A stretch of DNA of 36,533 bases from Candidatus Pacearchaeota archaeon (GCA_002688415.1 NZCX01000009.1:1-36533); one strand, 5' to 3'. Shown: positions 27,392-36,278, numbered from the stretch's first letter. The notes: generated by a model from the letters alone, not told the origin. Made by a program: numbers and translations.

Positions 27392-28228
27392 TTAAACGCC
27401 TTGTTCTACGGCTTCAGAAACTTGAACGTCTTCAGTATCTTTCTCTTTAAGTGATTCCTTTACTTCTTCGTCTTGGGATTCTGCGATTTGTTTCATTCTT
27501 TCTTCGATTGCAGCTTCAGCGCTCTTCATTTCTTTTTCTTTCTTCTCTGCGAGTCTCTTCTTTTTCTTTGGTTCTTCTAACACTAACGCTTCTCCTACAA
27601 AGTCTTCTAAACTTGGTAGAGGCTTATCTATTTTGTGAGCTTTCATATATTCTCTCGCTAATAGCCAGAAGATTAATCCTAATGATTTATTGGATTTGTT
27701 GTTTGCAATTGCCACAACATCAACATCAGCCGTGTGGTTGTTGGTGTCACAAACTGCACAGATTGGGATTCTGACTCTTTTAGCATCTTTTAATGCATTT
27801 TTGTCTAACCAGGGATCACAAATCATGATCATCTTTGTTTCAAAGAAATTTTCTAGTTCAATGTTTGTTAATACCCCCGAAGGATATTTCTTTGTGAATG
27901 TTCTTACTCCTGTTAATTCTGCAAACATTTTTGCTGCTCTCCATCCAGCTTCTCTTTTACAAACTAAAGTCCATTCGTCTGGCTTGTATTGTTTAATAAA
28001 ATCGATTGCATCTGCTAGTTTCTTATCTACTAGAAGTGTGTTCAAAATTGCGAGTCCATCCAGTCTTCTTCTGTATACATATTTTCTCATAGAAGGCGTA
28101 ATAACTTTTGTACCTAAGTAGGAGGCTGTTTTGATATAGTCTTCAAGATCTGTTAGAATTGTCTCATCTTTAGAGGCTTCGCCATCTTCGACTTTTTTAT
28201 ATTCTTTTTTCGTTTCTTCTTTAACCAT
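27392..28228 (-). CDS. rps2: 30S ribosomal protein uS2 with charged C-terminal extension
   Basis: YLGTK..TPSM.KYVY..R.DGL, PSGVLTN, DP..D..AL.DA and CDTNN...VD....NNKS..SLGL..WLLARE. Confidence 0.96.
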   Translation of the reverse strand: MVKEETKKEYKKVEDGEASKDETILTDLEDYIKTASYLGTKVITPSMRKYVYRRRLDGLAILNTLLVDKKLADAIDFIKQYKPDEWTLVCKREAGWRAAKMFAELTGVRTFTKKYPSGVLTNIELENFFETKMIMICDPWLDKNALKDAKRVRIPICAVCDTNNHTADVDVVAIANNKSNKSLGLIFWLLAREYMKAHKIDKPLPSLEDFVGEALVLEEPKKKKRLAEKKEKEMKSAEAAIEERMKQIAESQDEEVKESLKEKDTEDVQVSEAVEQGV

Positions 28229-28314
28229 TTTATAATTTTAGTTCCGGGGTTAATGCTACTGTTCGTTTCCGAATTCCGCACCGGATATAATTTTAGGGCT
28301 TGGAGGGTTTAAAA
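28229..28314 (-). promoter_or_regulatory. rps2 promoter and structured 5' leader
   Basis: TTTTAAAC at 28307-28314, inside the primase 3' end. Nested stems TCCGG/CCGGA, TGC/GCA and TTCG-GAAA-CGAA begin at the predicted TSS. Confidence 0.55.
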
Positions 28315-29873
28315 GCCTTACCATTTGCTTTCCCCTTCTTTCTAAAGGCAACTCTAATCGTATAATTCACAGGATTTTTGATTCCTGGCTTTGGTGGATT
28401 CCGAATCCCAAATTCTTTATAGATTGGTTTGTCGTAGTTAGGGGGGAGTCTTTTGTTTTTAGAGAACCATCCAATTTGCGCTTTGACATATCCTGCCTTA
28501 AGCGGATGATGATTCTTGTCATTCCATTCTGCAATCTTTTCTTCAATGTATTCTTGTGGGAACTCCAGACTTGAGTAAAAGGACAACAATAAAGATAATG
28601 CTCTCTTCCTCCCATCATCCTGAATTCCTTTTAATAGTTTTTTAATTACAGGCGGAAACATGTCTTCCGTAATTGTTAATCCTTTCAAATCGACCCCGGT
28701 GCCATCATATTTTTTTACCCTTTCCTTCGGCTTGCTTTTTTCGCCCCATTTTATCGCTTCTAGAAGTAATTCTCTTGCTTCTCCTGGAACCACTTCTGGA
28801 ATAAATGGCTTGGGTGTTTTAATCTTCAAGGGATCAGCGTCTGATGGGATAAAGCTTTCTATCTGATCTTTGTCAAGAACAATTGATGCGAAGGCTGTTT
28901 TTTCATGAAGTGAGTATGGTGCTCTAAATAAGTGTCTTGATGACACCAAGATTACGTCTACAGAGTCCTCAGTCGATTTTATTGTATCTTCAATTTTAAA
29001 ATCAACCTTATTCGATCTAATCTCTCCGCCGTAGTTATCTGCTGCCTCAAGGTTCGCAGTGTTAATCTTACAAGCTTCGCAGAATTGTATTTCTCTTTCT
29101 GAAATTCTATTCATTTTTCCGTTGCAAGAAGGGCAAATCATTTCTTTTCTGTTTGATTTCATTGATTCTACTTCTGTTTTGCACCTAATGTCAGTGCAGA
29201 GATATTTTCCGACTTTCTTTTTCTTAGTTGGATTGCTGCACCTTGGGCAAATGTGTTCTGAGACAAGTTCACCTTTTTCTTTCAGTTTTTCCCTACTCGT
29301 TAGGTTCAAAATTTCCTGATTCATTGGATTTCTAATTCTACTGAATATATATCCTGCGATTAATCTAGGCCATTCTGGAAATTTATCCTTTGTTAGTTCT
29401 CCATCTACTTCCTCTGGGAATGACTTAAATGGAACTATAATATGAAACCCTTTCCCCCCAGAGAATTTTATCCCAAAATTTTTTATCCCATGATATTCTA
29501 ATTCCTTTATTATCAACTTTGCGGCTATTTTGCCATAGTCTAGAAAAGGGGAATCTATATCTATTAGAAAGTCCCACCCTATTCTTATTTTGTTATATTG
29601 CTCTGGAGTCATTTCTGTTTTTATTTTCAATGGATCTTCCCAAATTTCTTCTGAACAATGAAAAGAAGTTGCCCCTTGTTTGGCAGAGTTGGAAATTTCA
29701 GAGGGATAATCAAAACAATCAGGCCTCTTGGCGAAGAATTCATTGTTGAAATTACCAACGGTTTCTCTATTTTTACAGAATTCAAACATTTCTTTTTGGA
29801 CATCTTTTCTAGAGTAGTGAGATAATGCAATAACCTGGACTTTTTTTAGCGGTTTTTTGTTGAATTTATTCAT
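28293..29873 (-). CDS. priS: fused DNA primase (PriS catalytic domain plus PriL-like C-terminal domain) with a zinc-ribbon insert
   Basis: WDFLIDID, FSGGKGFH and D....RHLFRAPYSLHEKT in the catalytic domain. C-terminal FPP...GRKRAL...PPN...KNPVNY. Confidence 0.88.
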   Translation of the reverse strand: MNKFNKKPLKKVQVIALSHYSRKDVQKEMFEFCKNRETVGNFNNEFFAKRPDCFDYPSEISNSAKQGATSFHCSEEIWEDPLKIKTEMTPEQYNKIRIGWDFLIDIDSPFLDYGKIAAKLIIKELEYHGIKNFGIKFSGGKGFHIIVPFKSFPEEVDGELTKDKFPEWPRLIAGYIFSRIRNPMNQEILNLTSREKLKEKGELVSEHICPRCSNPTKKKKVGKYLCTDIRCKTEVESMKSNRKEMICPSCNGKMNRISEREIQFCEACKINTANLEAADNYGGEIRSNKVDFKIEDTIKSTEDSVDVILVSSRHLFRAPYSLHEKTAFASIVLDKDQIESFIPSDADPLKIKTPKPFIPEVVPGEARELLLEAIKWGEKSKPKERVKKYDGTGVDLKGLTITEDMFPPVIKKLLKGIQDDGRKRALSLLLSFYSSLEFPQEYIEEKIAEWNDKNHHPLKAGYVKAQIGWFSKNKRLPPNYDKPIYKEFGIRNPPKPGIKNPVNYTIRVAFRKKGKANGKAFKPSKP

Positions 29874-29969
29874 GAATGAAAAAAGTTGTCTGGCTTTTTA
29901 TAATTAGGGTTGCTTCTTGTGGGTGGTGGTTGGGCATAGATTTAAATAAATTCTTTATCTTTTCGTTTT

Positions 29970-30464
29970 ATGTTTAAAAAAAGAGGGCAACAGGAGATAG
30001 TTGGATTTGCTTTGATTGTTGTTTTGGTTGTAATTGGTTTAATGTTTTTCTTGTTATATAGCTTTAGAGATAGCGGAAATATTAGTGAAAATGATCTTGC
30101 CTTGGGGAATTTAATGTCTTCTGTGTTGTATTATACTACTGATTGTTCGGTAGGTGGGGAGAAGCAAACTTTACTGGATTTGTTTAGCAATTGCCATGAT
30201 GGGGTTGGATGTGAAAATGAAGATAGAACTTCTTGTGAGCTCTTGACAGAAGAATTAGAGCAGGTTTTTCCAGCTGTTTATAAAACAGAATCTTCTGTAG
30301 ATGGAATGACTTTTGATTTCTATATTGATGATGAATTGGGAATTAGTGGTGTCCAAGGGTTTGAAAAGGTAGTTGTAGGTAATTGTACAAGCAGTTACTC
30401 TAGATCATTTGAGCAAGCAATTGGAAGTCTGGATGACGTTTATGTTCTAATCAGTGTGTGCTAA
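29970..30464 (+). CDS. pilin-like protein with class III signal peptide
   Basis: MFKKRG/QQEIVGFALIVVLV. Cys-containing globular domain. Confidence 0.8.
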   Translation: MFKKRGQQEIVGFALIVVLVVIGLMFFLLYSFRDSGNISENDLALGNLMSSVLYYTTDCSVGGEKQTLLDLFSNCHDGVGCENEDRTSCELLTEELEQVFPAVYKTESSVDGMTFDFYIDDELGISGVQGFEKVVVGNCTSSYSRSFEQAIGSLDDVYVLISVC

Positions 30465-30811
30465 ATTGATACTTCTAGTATCATTTTGTTGGTTGTAAGG
30501 TATGGCTTGTGGGATGTTTTCTTTCCTTTTTTCTTTGCTTCAAAATCTATAAATCCAAATCTTTCTAAAACTTTTAAGTCTCTCCGTACGCTTTTTTGAT
30601 CACGTTTTAGAAGTCTTGAAAGTTGATAGATGGAGGCGGGATTTTCTGTTTTTATTGTGTGTAATATTCTTGCTTTTTCTTTCGTTAGAAGGTTTCTTAG
30701 TAGTTCTAGGTCTGCATAGCGGTTTTTTGTTTTTTCATTTAAAATTTTCGATACAAAACTTCTTTCTGTTGCATTTAGTTGTAGATAACGCGTCTTTGTC
30801 TTCGCTGCCAT
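30461..30811 (-). CDS. winged-HTH transcriptional regulator (ArsR/HVO_A0114-like)
   Basis: LLTKEKARILHTIK..NPASIYQLSRLLKRDQKSVRRDLKVLERFGFI. Confidence 0.85.
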   Translation of the reverse strand: MAAKTKTRYLQLNATERSFVSKILNEKTKNRYADLELLRNLLTKEKARILHTIKTENPASIYQLSRLLKRDQKSVRRDLKVLERFGFIDFEAKKKGKKTSHKPYLTTNKMILEVSI

Positions 30812-30922
30812 GAACTATTTCGGGGTGCAAAGTTTATAAATCTATGGGTGGGTGGCATTTTGTGCCAGTGGTTTATGGCTTGTTTTTTGAGTTGTGTTAC
30901 TTTCTTGGTGGACACCATAACG

Positions 30923-31203
30923 TTTAAAAAGGGTAGTCTGGTTTGAGGGCTAGACAGAGACCTTTGCCGAGGAGAGACGCATAAGCTTTATAAAGTAAGG
31001 GTTTTTGTTATGTGTATCGTTGCTAGTTTACTAGTAGCGTGAAACTAGGCGCTTTGATCTTCGGATTGAGGCAAGAGATGACCTTATAGCGCTCCCTAGT
31101 TATAAGATCCGACCAGGCTATTAGAAATGCTAACCTGAAATTTTTCAGGGCCTTGATAGAGGCGGTTAATCTGATGGTACTGAAAGGGGGTTTAATAAAA
31201 ATA
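30923..31203 (+). promoter_or_regulatory. tandem promoters and ~190-nt structured 5' UTR of the S-layer gene
   Basis: TATA boxes at 30923-30930 and 30987-30994. Hairpins at 31018-31039, 31051-31072 (UUCG loop) and 31134-31149. SD-like AAGGGGGT at 31184-31191. Confidence 0.6.
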
Positions 31204-33630
31204 ATGAAAACAATGTTTAGAAAAGCTGTTGGTGTTTTGGCAAGTGCTGCACTAATTGGTTCAACTGCTGCTATGGCTGCTGCTGTAGCTTATCCTGCTC
31301 CTTTCAATAGTGGAAATTCCGCTGTAGTATATGGTGCTGAAGCTGCTGAGTCCGATATGGTTGCTGCTACTTCAATCCAAAGCGATATCAACGCGGCTTT
31401 AGTAAGCGATGGTTCTGGTGAAACAACTGTTACAGGTGGAGACTCTTATAAGATTGAAAAAGGTAAAACTTTATTCCATCTTGGGGACACTATTGGATCT
31501 GTGATTGGTTATACTGCTTCTTTAGATGAGGATGAATTACCTACTCTTTTAGCTAAGGGTAAGTATCTAGATTCTGATAATGAGGAAAAGGACTACACTC
31601 AGAAGATTGTGTTAGATAATAACACTATCCAACTTAAGATGTTCAATGATGCTAGTTATTCTAGAGATGATCCTACATTAGGGTTTAGGATAACTAATGG
31701 TCAGTTTATAATGAACTATACACTTGACTTTACAGATAAGCCTACTTTTGATAAACTAACAACAACTGATTTTCCAGTTTTAGGAAAAGAATATTATGTA
31801 TTAACTGTTAATTCAGCAAATGATACAATCACTCTTTTAGATTCTGCAGCTACTGCAGTTCTTTCTGAAGGAGATTCTATAAACTTAAATGGAAAGGATG
31901 TTTCTATAACTTATGTAGCTTCTACTGAGGTGAAATTAAGTGTTGACGGAGAAGTTACAAATAGCTTAGCTGAAGGTCAAACTTTCAAGTTAAGCGATGG
32001 TAGTTATGTTGGTATCAAAGATATTATGTATTCTGCAAAGGATACAGGTATTAGTCAGGTAGAATTTAGTGTTGGTTCTGGAAAGCTTAAGATTGAAAAT
32101 GCTCAAAAGGTTGAGATAAATGATGAAGATGTTAAGAACGTATATGGTTACGTTGAGAACTCTTCTCTTACCTTAGACAATCTTGTTCTTAAGTGGACTG
32201 CGGATGGTGAAACTTTCATCACTGCAGATCAGGAGATAACTATGCCAGGATTTGAATCTGTTAAGATAGCTTTCGGAGGTGTTGATTTTCCCCTAGAAGA
32301 AACATTTAATGTTGAGGCTGGAGGAAATGATTATGTGTCTTTGGTTGGTTTCCCTATGATAGGGGGAGCTCAAGATATAGCAATCCTTGGAAAGGCTGCA
32401 GGTAATACAAACTATACTTTCGTTGGTGAAGAGAGTGATCTTATAACGGTTACATCTTCAGGATCTACTTTGACCTTTAATGGTTCAGGTAGTACTAATG
32501 ATCAATATTTTGTTGCTACGTATGAGGATACAAATGATGCAGAGTCTTACTTAGTAAGAGCTACTGGATTTAATGATCCTAGCGGTGCTTCAGATACTGT
32601 AGATATTGAGTATAATGATGGTAGTGGTTGGGTTAAGAAATACGATGATGCAGACACAGATGATACAATCTCGTTCGGTCAAGTAGAATTAACTCTTACT
32701 AATGTTAGTTCTGGTACTGATCTGGAGAATGTAATCTTTACTGCTGGAACAGGTGTTAGTTTTAACACACTTTATTCCAAAGAAGGATTGAAAGTTGCTT
32801 TACCAACAGTTGTGACAACTTCTACAGATGTTCTAATCGGTGATGTAGTTCCTAGCTGTGGTGCTTTTGAAGCAAACGCAACATCAATTGCTGCTTCTAC
32901 ACCTCTTTACCCTGTAGCGTATTATTCATCAGTGAATGTACACAATGGTTCTGGTTTAGATAATGCAACATGTACCTATGGTGCATCTACTTACCAACTT
33001 GCCTTTACTGAAGAGAATAAGGATGGAGATAAGGCCGCTGGCCCTAGCTTCAACATAACTATCGGTAATAATGGTGCGTCTAACTATTATGCTTCCGTTA
33101 CAGACGTAAATAATGCTTCTGTTACACGAGAGAAGATGGCTACAGATGTTTACCAATCTTGGATGTACAGTGCTCTTTCTACAAAATTCGTAGAACAAGA
33201 TGCTGGAGATCAAGATTATGTTGAAATTACATACCATGGTGATGAGACTGAAGGAAATGTGTATGTAAATTCTGCGGATGCTGTAATTGGTTCAGGCGAC
33301 TCAGGTGTTGCTATTCTTGCGGATAGCTCTTCTGTTAGTGGCAAGAACGTGGTTGTTGTTGGTGGTTCTGCTATCAATGCAATCGCTGCTGAATTAGTGG
33401 GAGATGTTCGTGGACCTGCATTTACTGAGGCTACTGGCGTTGCTGACGGAGAATTCTTAATTGAATCTTTCGACTACAACGGAGCAATTGCTCTTTTAGT
33501 TGCTGGTTACGAGGCTGAAGACACTACTAAGGCTGCTACATACTTGACTAATACTGCTGAGGAAATCACAGTTGAAGCTGGTGTGAAGTATACTGGAAGT
33601 TCAGCTACTGAAGCTACTCTTGTAGTTTAA
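31204..33630 (+). CDS. S-layer protein
   Basis: Signal peptide, N-terminal YPAPF...VVYG..A..SD..AA and C-terminal NVVVVGGSAIN...ALLVAGY.A.DT..AA, typical of S-layer N/C domains. Acidic, with many sequons. Confidence 0.9.
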   Translation: MKTMFRKAVGVLASAALIGSTAAMAAAVAYPAPFNSGNSAVVYGAEAAESDMVAATSIQSDINAALVSDGSGETTVTGGDSYKIEKGKTLFHLGDTIGSVIGYTASLDEDELPTLLAKGKYLDSDNEEKDYTQKIVLDNNTIQLKMFNDASYSRDDPTLGFRITNGQFIMNYTLDFTDKPTFDKLTTTDFPVLGKEYYVLTVNSANDTITLLDSAATAVLSEGDSINLNGKDVSITYVASTEVKLSVDGEVTNSLAEGQTFKLSDGSYVGIKDIMYSAKDTGISQVEFSVGSGKLKIENAQKVEINDEDVKNVYGYVENSSLTLDNLVLKWTADGETFITADQEITMPGFESVKIAFGGVDFPLEETFNVEAGGNDYVSLVGFPMIGGAQDIAILGKAAGNTNYTFVGEESDLITVTSSGSTLTFNGSGSTNDQYFVATYEDTNDAESYLVRATGFNDPSGASDTVDIEYNDGSGWVKKYDDADTDDTISFGQVELTLTNVSSGTDLENVIFTAGTGVSFNTLYSKEGLKVALPTVVTTSTDVLIGDVVPSCGAFEANATSIAASTPLYPVAYYSSVNVHNGSGLDNATCTYGASTYQLAFTEENKDGDKAAGPSFNITIGNNGASNYYASVTDVNNASVTREKMATDVYQSWMYSALSTKFVEQDAGDQDYVEITYHGDETEGNVYVNSADAVIGSGDSGVAILADSSSVSGKNVVVVGGSAINAIAAELVGDVRGPAFTEATGVADGEFLIESFDYNGAIALLVAGYEAEDTTKAATYLTNTAEEITVEAGVKYTGSSATEATLVV

Positions 33631-33650
33631 ATACCAAACCAAAGAAGGAA

Positions 33651-33696
33651 TTTATTTTCCTTTCTTTTTTTCTTTTTTTCTTTTTTTCTTTCTTTT
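33651..33696 (+). terminator. long oligo-T terminator after the S-layer gene
   Basis: About 45 nt of nearly pure T/C directly after the stop codon. Confidence 0.7.
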
Positions 33697-33740
33697 AAGG
33701 TGTGCAAAATGTTTATAATGTGTGTTTTTTTGGAATCCCT

Positions 33741-34523
33741 ATGGATGATAAGTTGAAGATTTTGGTTGCTGCGCCGATTTATGATAAAATGGAATATTGC
33801 TTTGAGGAGTTTTTGATGCACCTTAGAGGGATAGAGGGATCAGAATTCGATATACTTCTTGTTGATAATTCTCGTAGTGAAGAATTCTTTGAGAATCTTT
33901 CTGGAATTGGTGGCGTTAAGGTATTTAGAGATGAGACTTCGGAGGAAAAGAATATTCATAGATTGATAAGTAGTCGTAATAAGATTCTTGAGTATGCATT
34001 CGAAAAGAACTATGATTACCTTCTGATGATGGACTCTGACGTAATGGCTCCAAAGAATATCCTCTCAGATCTAGTTTTGTCGAATAAGGACGTAATCAGT
34101 GGATTATATTTCAATTTGTTTAATTCCGGAGGTCAACAGAAACTACTTCCTGTTTGTTGGCGAGAGATAGAGGATAATACCTTTGAAGAGATGAGAGTAA
34201 AGGGAATGTTGCCAGATTTTATAACTTCTAAAAGTGATCTGAGAAGAAATCTGACTTCTGCGGAAATTGAAGAAGGCAAGATCCTTGAGGTTTTGATTCC
34301 TTCAGCTGGATGTTTACTATTATCTAGAAAAGCTCTTTCTTCTGGGGTTAAATATGGGTTGCTGGAGGATACGCACGGTTTGCAAACTGGGGACGATATT
34401 TATTTCTTTAAACAGCTCAGGGAAAAGGGTTTTGAATTGTACTGTGATCCTTCTGTGTACTGTAAGCATCTTGCATTAAACAAGTATAAGGAGAACAAGG
34501 ATTCTCATCCAATTTTTGACTAA
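33741..34523 (+). CDS. glycosyltransferase family 2 (GT-A)
   Basis: ILVAAP, LVDNS, SRNKI, DxD in MMDSDV, GCLLL and GDDIYF. ATG lies 21 nt after TTTATAAT (33712-33719). Confidence 0.88.
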   Translation: MDDKLKILVAAPIYDKMEYCFEEFLMHLRGIEGSEFDILLVDNSRSEEFFENLSGIGGVKVFRDETSEEKNIHRLISSRNKILEYAFEKNYDYLLMMDSDVMAPKNILSDLVLSNKDVISGLYFNLFNSGGQQKLLPVCWREIEDNTFEEMRVKGMLPDFITSKSDLRRNLTSAEIEEGKILEVLIPSAGCLLLSRKALSSGVKYGLLEDTHGLQTGDDIYFFKQLREKGFELYCDPSVYCKHLALNKYKENKDSHPIFD

Positions 34524-34568
34524 TTTTTCTTCCAAAACCCTTAAAAATCCTTTTTTCATTTTCATATA

Positions 34569-35108
34569 ATGAGAAGGATTAAAATTGGCAAGGAAGAATC
34601 CAGAAAGAGATTCTGGGCAATTGTCTTTTTGGTTCTTCTAACTTTGTCTACAGTAGGATATGCAATTGTTAACTCATTTGGAGGCTCAGGGGGTTCTTCT
34701 AGTGACTCCGGCGACTTTAGTCTCGAAGGGAACTATTGGACAATTCTAATAGGAAGTCAAAAATATTATTTTAGTTATTTGCCTTCAGATTTGGAGAATG
34801 TGAGCATAAGTGGAGAATTTGGCCTAGGAGATTATTATGATGTTCCACTTTATTTTACAGATGAGAACCAAGGTAGCATAGAGATACTAAATAATCTTGG
34901 GCGTTATATCTTGAGGGCGCAAGAGGCTTGTATTTCTGAAGAAGATTGTGATGGAGATCTCCCGGTTAAAGATTGTGCAGTTGATAATGTTGTCATCTTT
35001 TCCGACGGCGATGGTTCTGTCAGAAGCGATGCTAAGTGTGTCTATTTAAGCGGAGACTCCGTTAAGGGAGCAGATAAATTTCTATACGAAGTTTTAAAAA
35101 TAAAATAA
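34569..35108 (+). CDS. N-terminally membrane-anchored hypothetical protein
   Basis: Basic N-terminus, TM segment and a Cys-containing extracellular domain (LPVKDC...CVYL). Confidence 0.82.
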   Translation: MRRIKIGKEESRKRFWAIVFLVLLTLSTVGYAIVNSFGGSGGSSSDSGDFSLEGNYWTILIGSQKYYFSYLPSDLENVSISGEFGLGDYYDVPLYFTDENQGSIEILNNLGRYILRAQEACISEEDCDGDLPVKDCAVDNVVIFSDGDGSVRSDAKCVYLSGDSVKGADKFLYEVLKIK

Positions 35109-35122
35109 TCTACAATTTAACA

Positions 35123-35797
35123 ATGGTTAAGAAAAAGAGCAAAAAGAAAATCTTGAAGAAGAAGAAAATTGATAGTGAGACTAAGCAGCTGTTATGGTTT
35201 TTTGGGGTTGTTATTCTAGTTTTTATTCTTTTTCTTGGAACTTATTACGGGGTTCGATCTCAAAAACATTTTGTCTTTGGAGGCGCAGAATGGTGGGTTG
35301 AAGGAGAAAGAGAGGGCTGGGGGGATCTAACCTTATACCATGCGAGGTATCCGGTTGTTTATGCCGGCGAACTTTATACAAATATGAATTTGTGGCTATA
35401 CAATGACCCCCGTGAGAATAATATTTCAGCAGATGTTGACTTTTTTGCGAACGGTATCGCAAAAGATGTTGTAATTACCTTTTCAAGCGATCTTATGGAA
35501 TGCTCTGATCGTAATATTATTATTCCTCAGCTCACTCAAGTTTTCGGAACAGGACTTCCTTGGACAACTACTAGTGGCGGAATTGCAAATGTCTCGGCGG
35601 CGAGGAATTTGGGATTACCTTATGCTGATTGCTTCAACGTTACTGACGATAAAACAGTTATCTATGTTCATGAGGGAAAGGAATCAAAAGTTTATTCTGA
35701 ATGGGGATGTTATCATGTTGCGTATGAGACCTGTGATGATGCGATGAAATCTAGTGAAAAATTAATTCTTGAGTTGATCAGTCAGTTAAACGAATAA
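35123..35797 (+). CDS. N-terminally membrane-anchored hypothetical protein (probable paralog of the preceding gene)
   Basis: Lys-rich N-terminus, TM segment and LPYADC...GCYHV C-terminal region. Confidence 0.82.
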   Translation: MVKKKSKKKILKKKKIDSETKQLLWFFGVVILVFILFLGTYYGVRSQKHFVFGGAEWWVEGEREGWGDLTLYHARYPVVYAGELYTNMNLWLYNDPRENNISADVDFFANGIAKDVVITFSSDLMECSDRNIIIPQLTQVFGTGLPWTTTSGGIANVSAARNLGLPYADCFNVTDDKTVIYVHEGKESKVYSEWGCYHVAYETCDDAMKSSEKLILELISQLNE

Positions 35798-35798
35798 A

Positions 35799-36278
35799 AT
35801 GGAATCTTCAATCTTTTGGGCGTTGCTTTTAACGATTTTGCCGGGCACCGAATTGAGATTCGGGTTACCTCTTATTGTTCTGTGGTCTTTAGAGAAAGGA
35901 GTTTCTTATTGGCCCTTTTTCTTTCTGGTTATTCTAGTCAATATTTTGGTGATTCCGATAGTTTTCTTCTTCTTGGAGTTTTTCCACCATCACCTAATGG
36001 AGTGGAGAGTTTATCATAGAACTATTGGTAGATTTGTTGAGAGGAAGAAGAAGACGGCAGAAAAAGTTGAGGAGAAAATCTACAATCTTGGATACCTTGC
36101 TCTGGCTCTTTTCGTTGCGATTCCCTTTACTGGAACGGGAGCTTATACAGGTACTCTTATAGCCTGGATTTTGGGGCTATCAAAAAAGAAGAGTTTTGTT
36201 GCTATTTCCCTTGGAGTTCTTGCCTCTGGCTTAATAACATTATTTGCCACTCTTCTTACGCTTGGTCTTTTTGGCTAG
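35799..36278 (+). CDS. putative small multi-drug export protein (COG2426-like)
   Basis: LP..ELR.GLP and LALFVAIPF.GTGAYTG.L.AW.LGL motifs. Confidence 0.88.
   Translation: MESSIFWALLLTILPGTELRFGLPLIVLWSLEKGVSYWPFFFLVILVNILVIPIVFFFLEFFHHHLMEWRVYHRTIGRFVERKKKTAEKVEEKIYNLGYLALALFVAIPFTGTGAYTGTLIAWILGLSKKKSFVAISLGVLASGLITLFATLLTLGLFG

Noticed and set aside
29919-30856. G-rich GGGTGG tracts in divergent intergenic regions as ORB/replication origin or G-quadruplex
   Set aside because: There is no ORB consensus and no cdc6/orc1 nearby, and there are too few G3 runs for a canonical quadruplex.
33627-33821. 64-aa Lys-rich minus-strand ORF
   Set aside because: It is the translation of the oligo-T terminator's complement and the antisense of the GT2 start.
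430-36019. Numerous 60-150 aa ORFs in the track lying antisense or out of frame to long genes (e.g. 1160-1447, 8474-8758, 19398-19712, 25105-25560, 27690-28121, 32956-33237)
   Set aside because: They are shadow ORFs of well-supported genes, with Phe/Ser/Leu-rich antisense composition, mostly non-ATG starts and no promoter at the 21-nt spacing.
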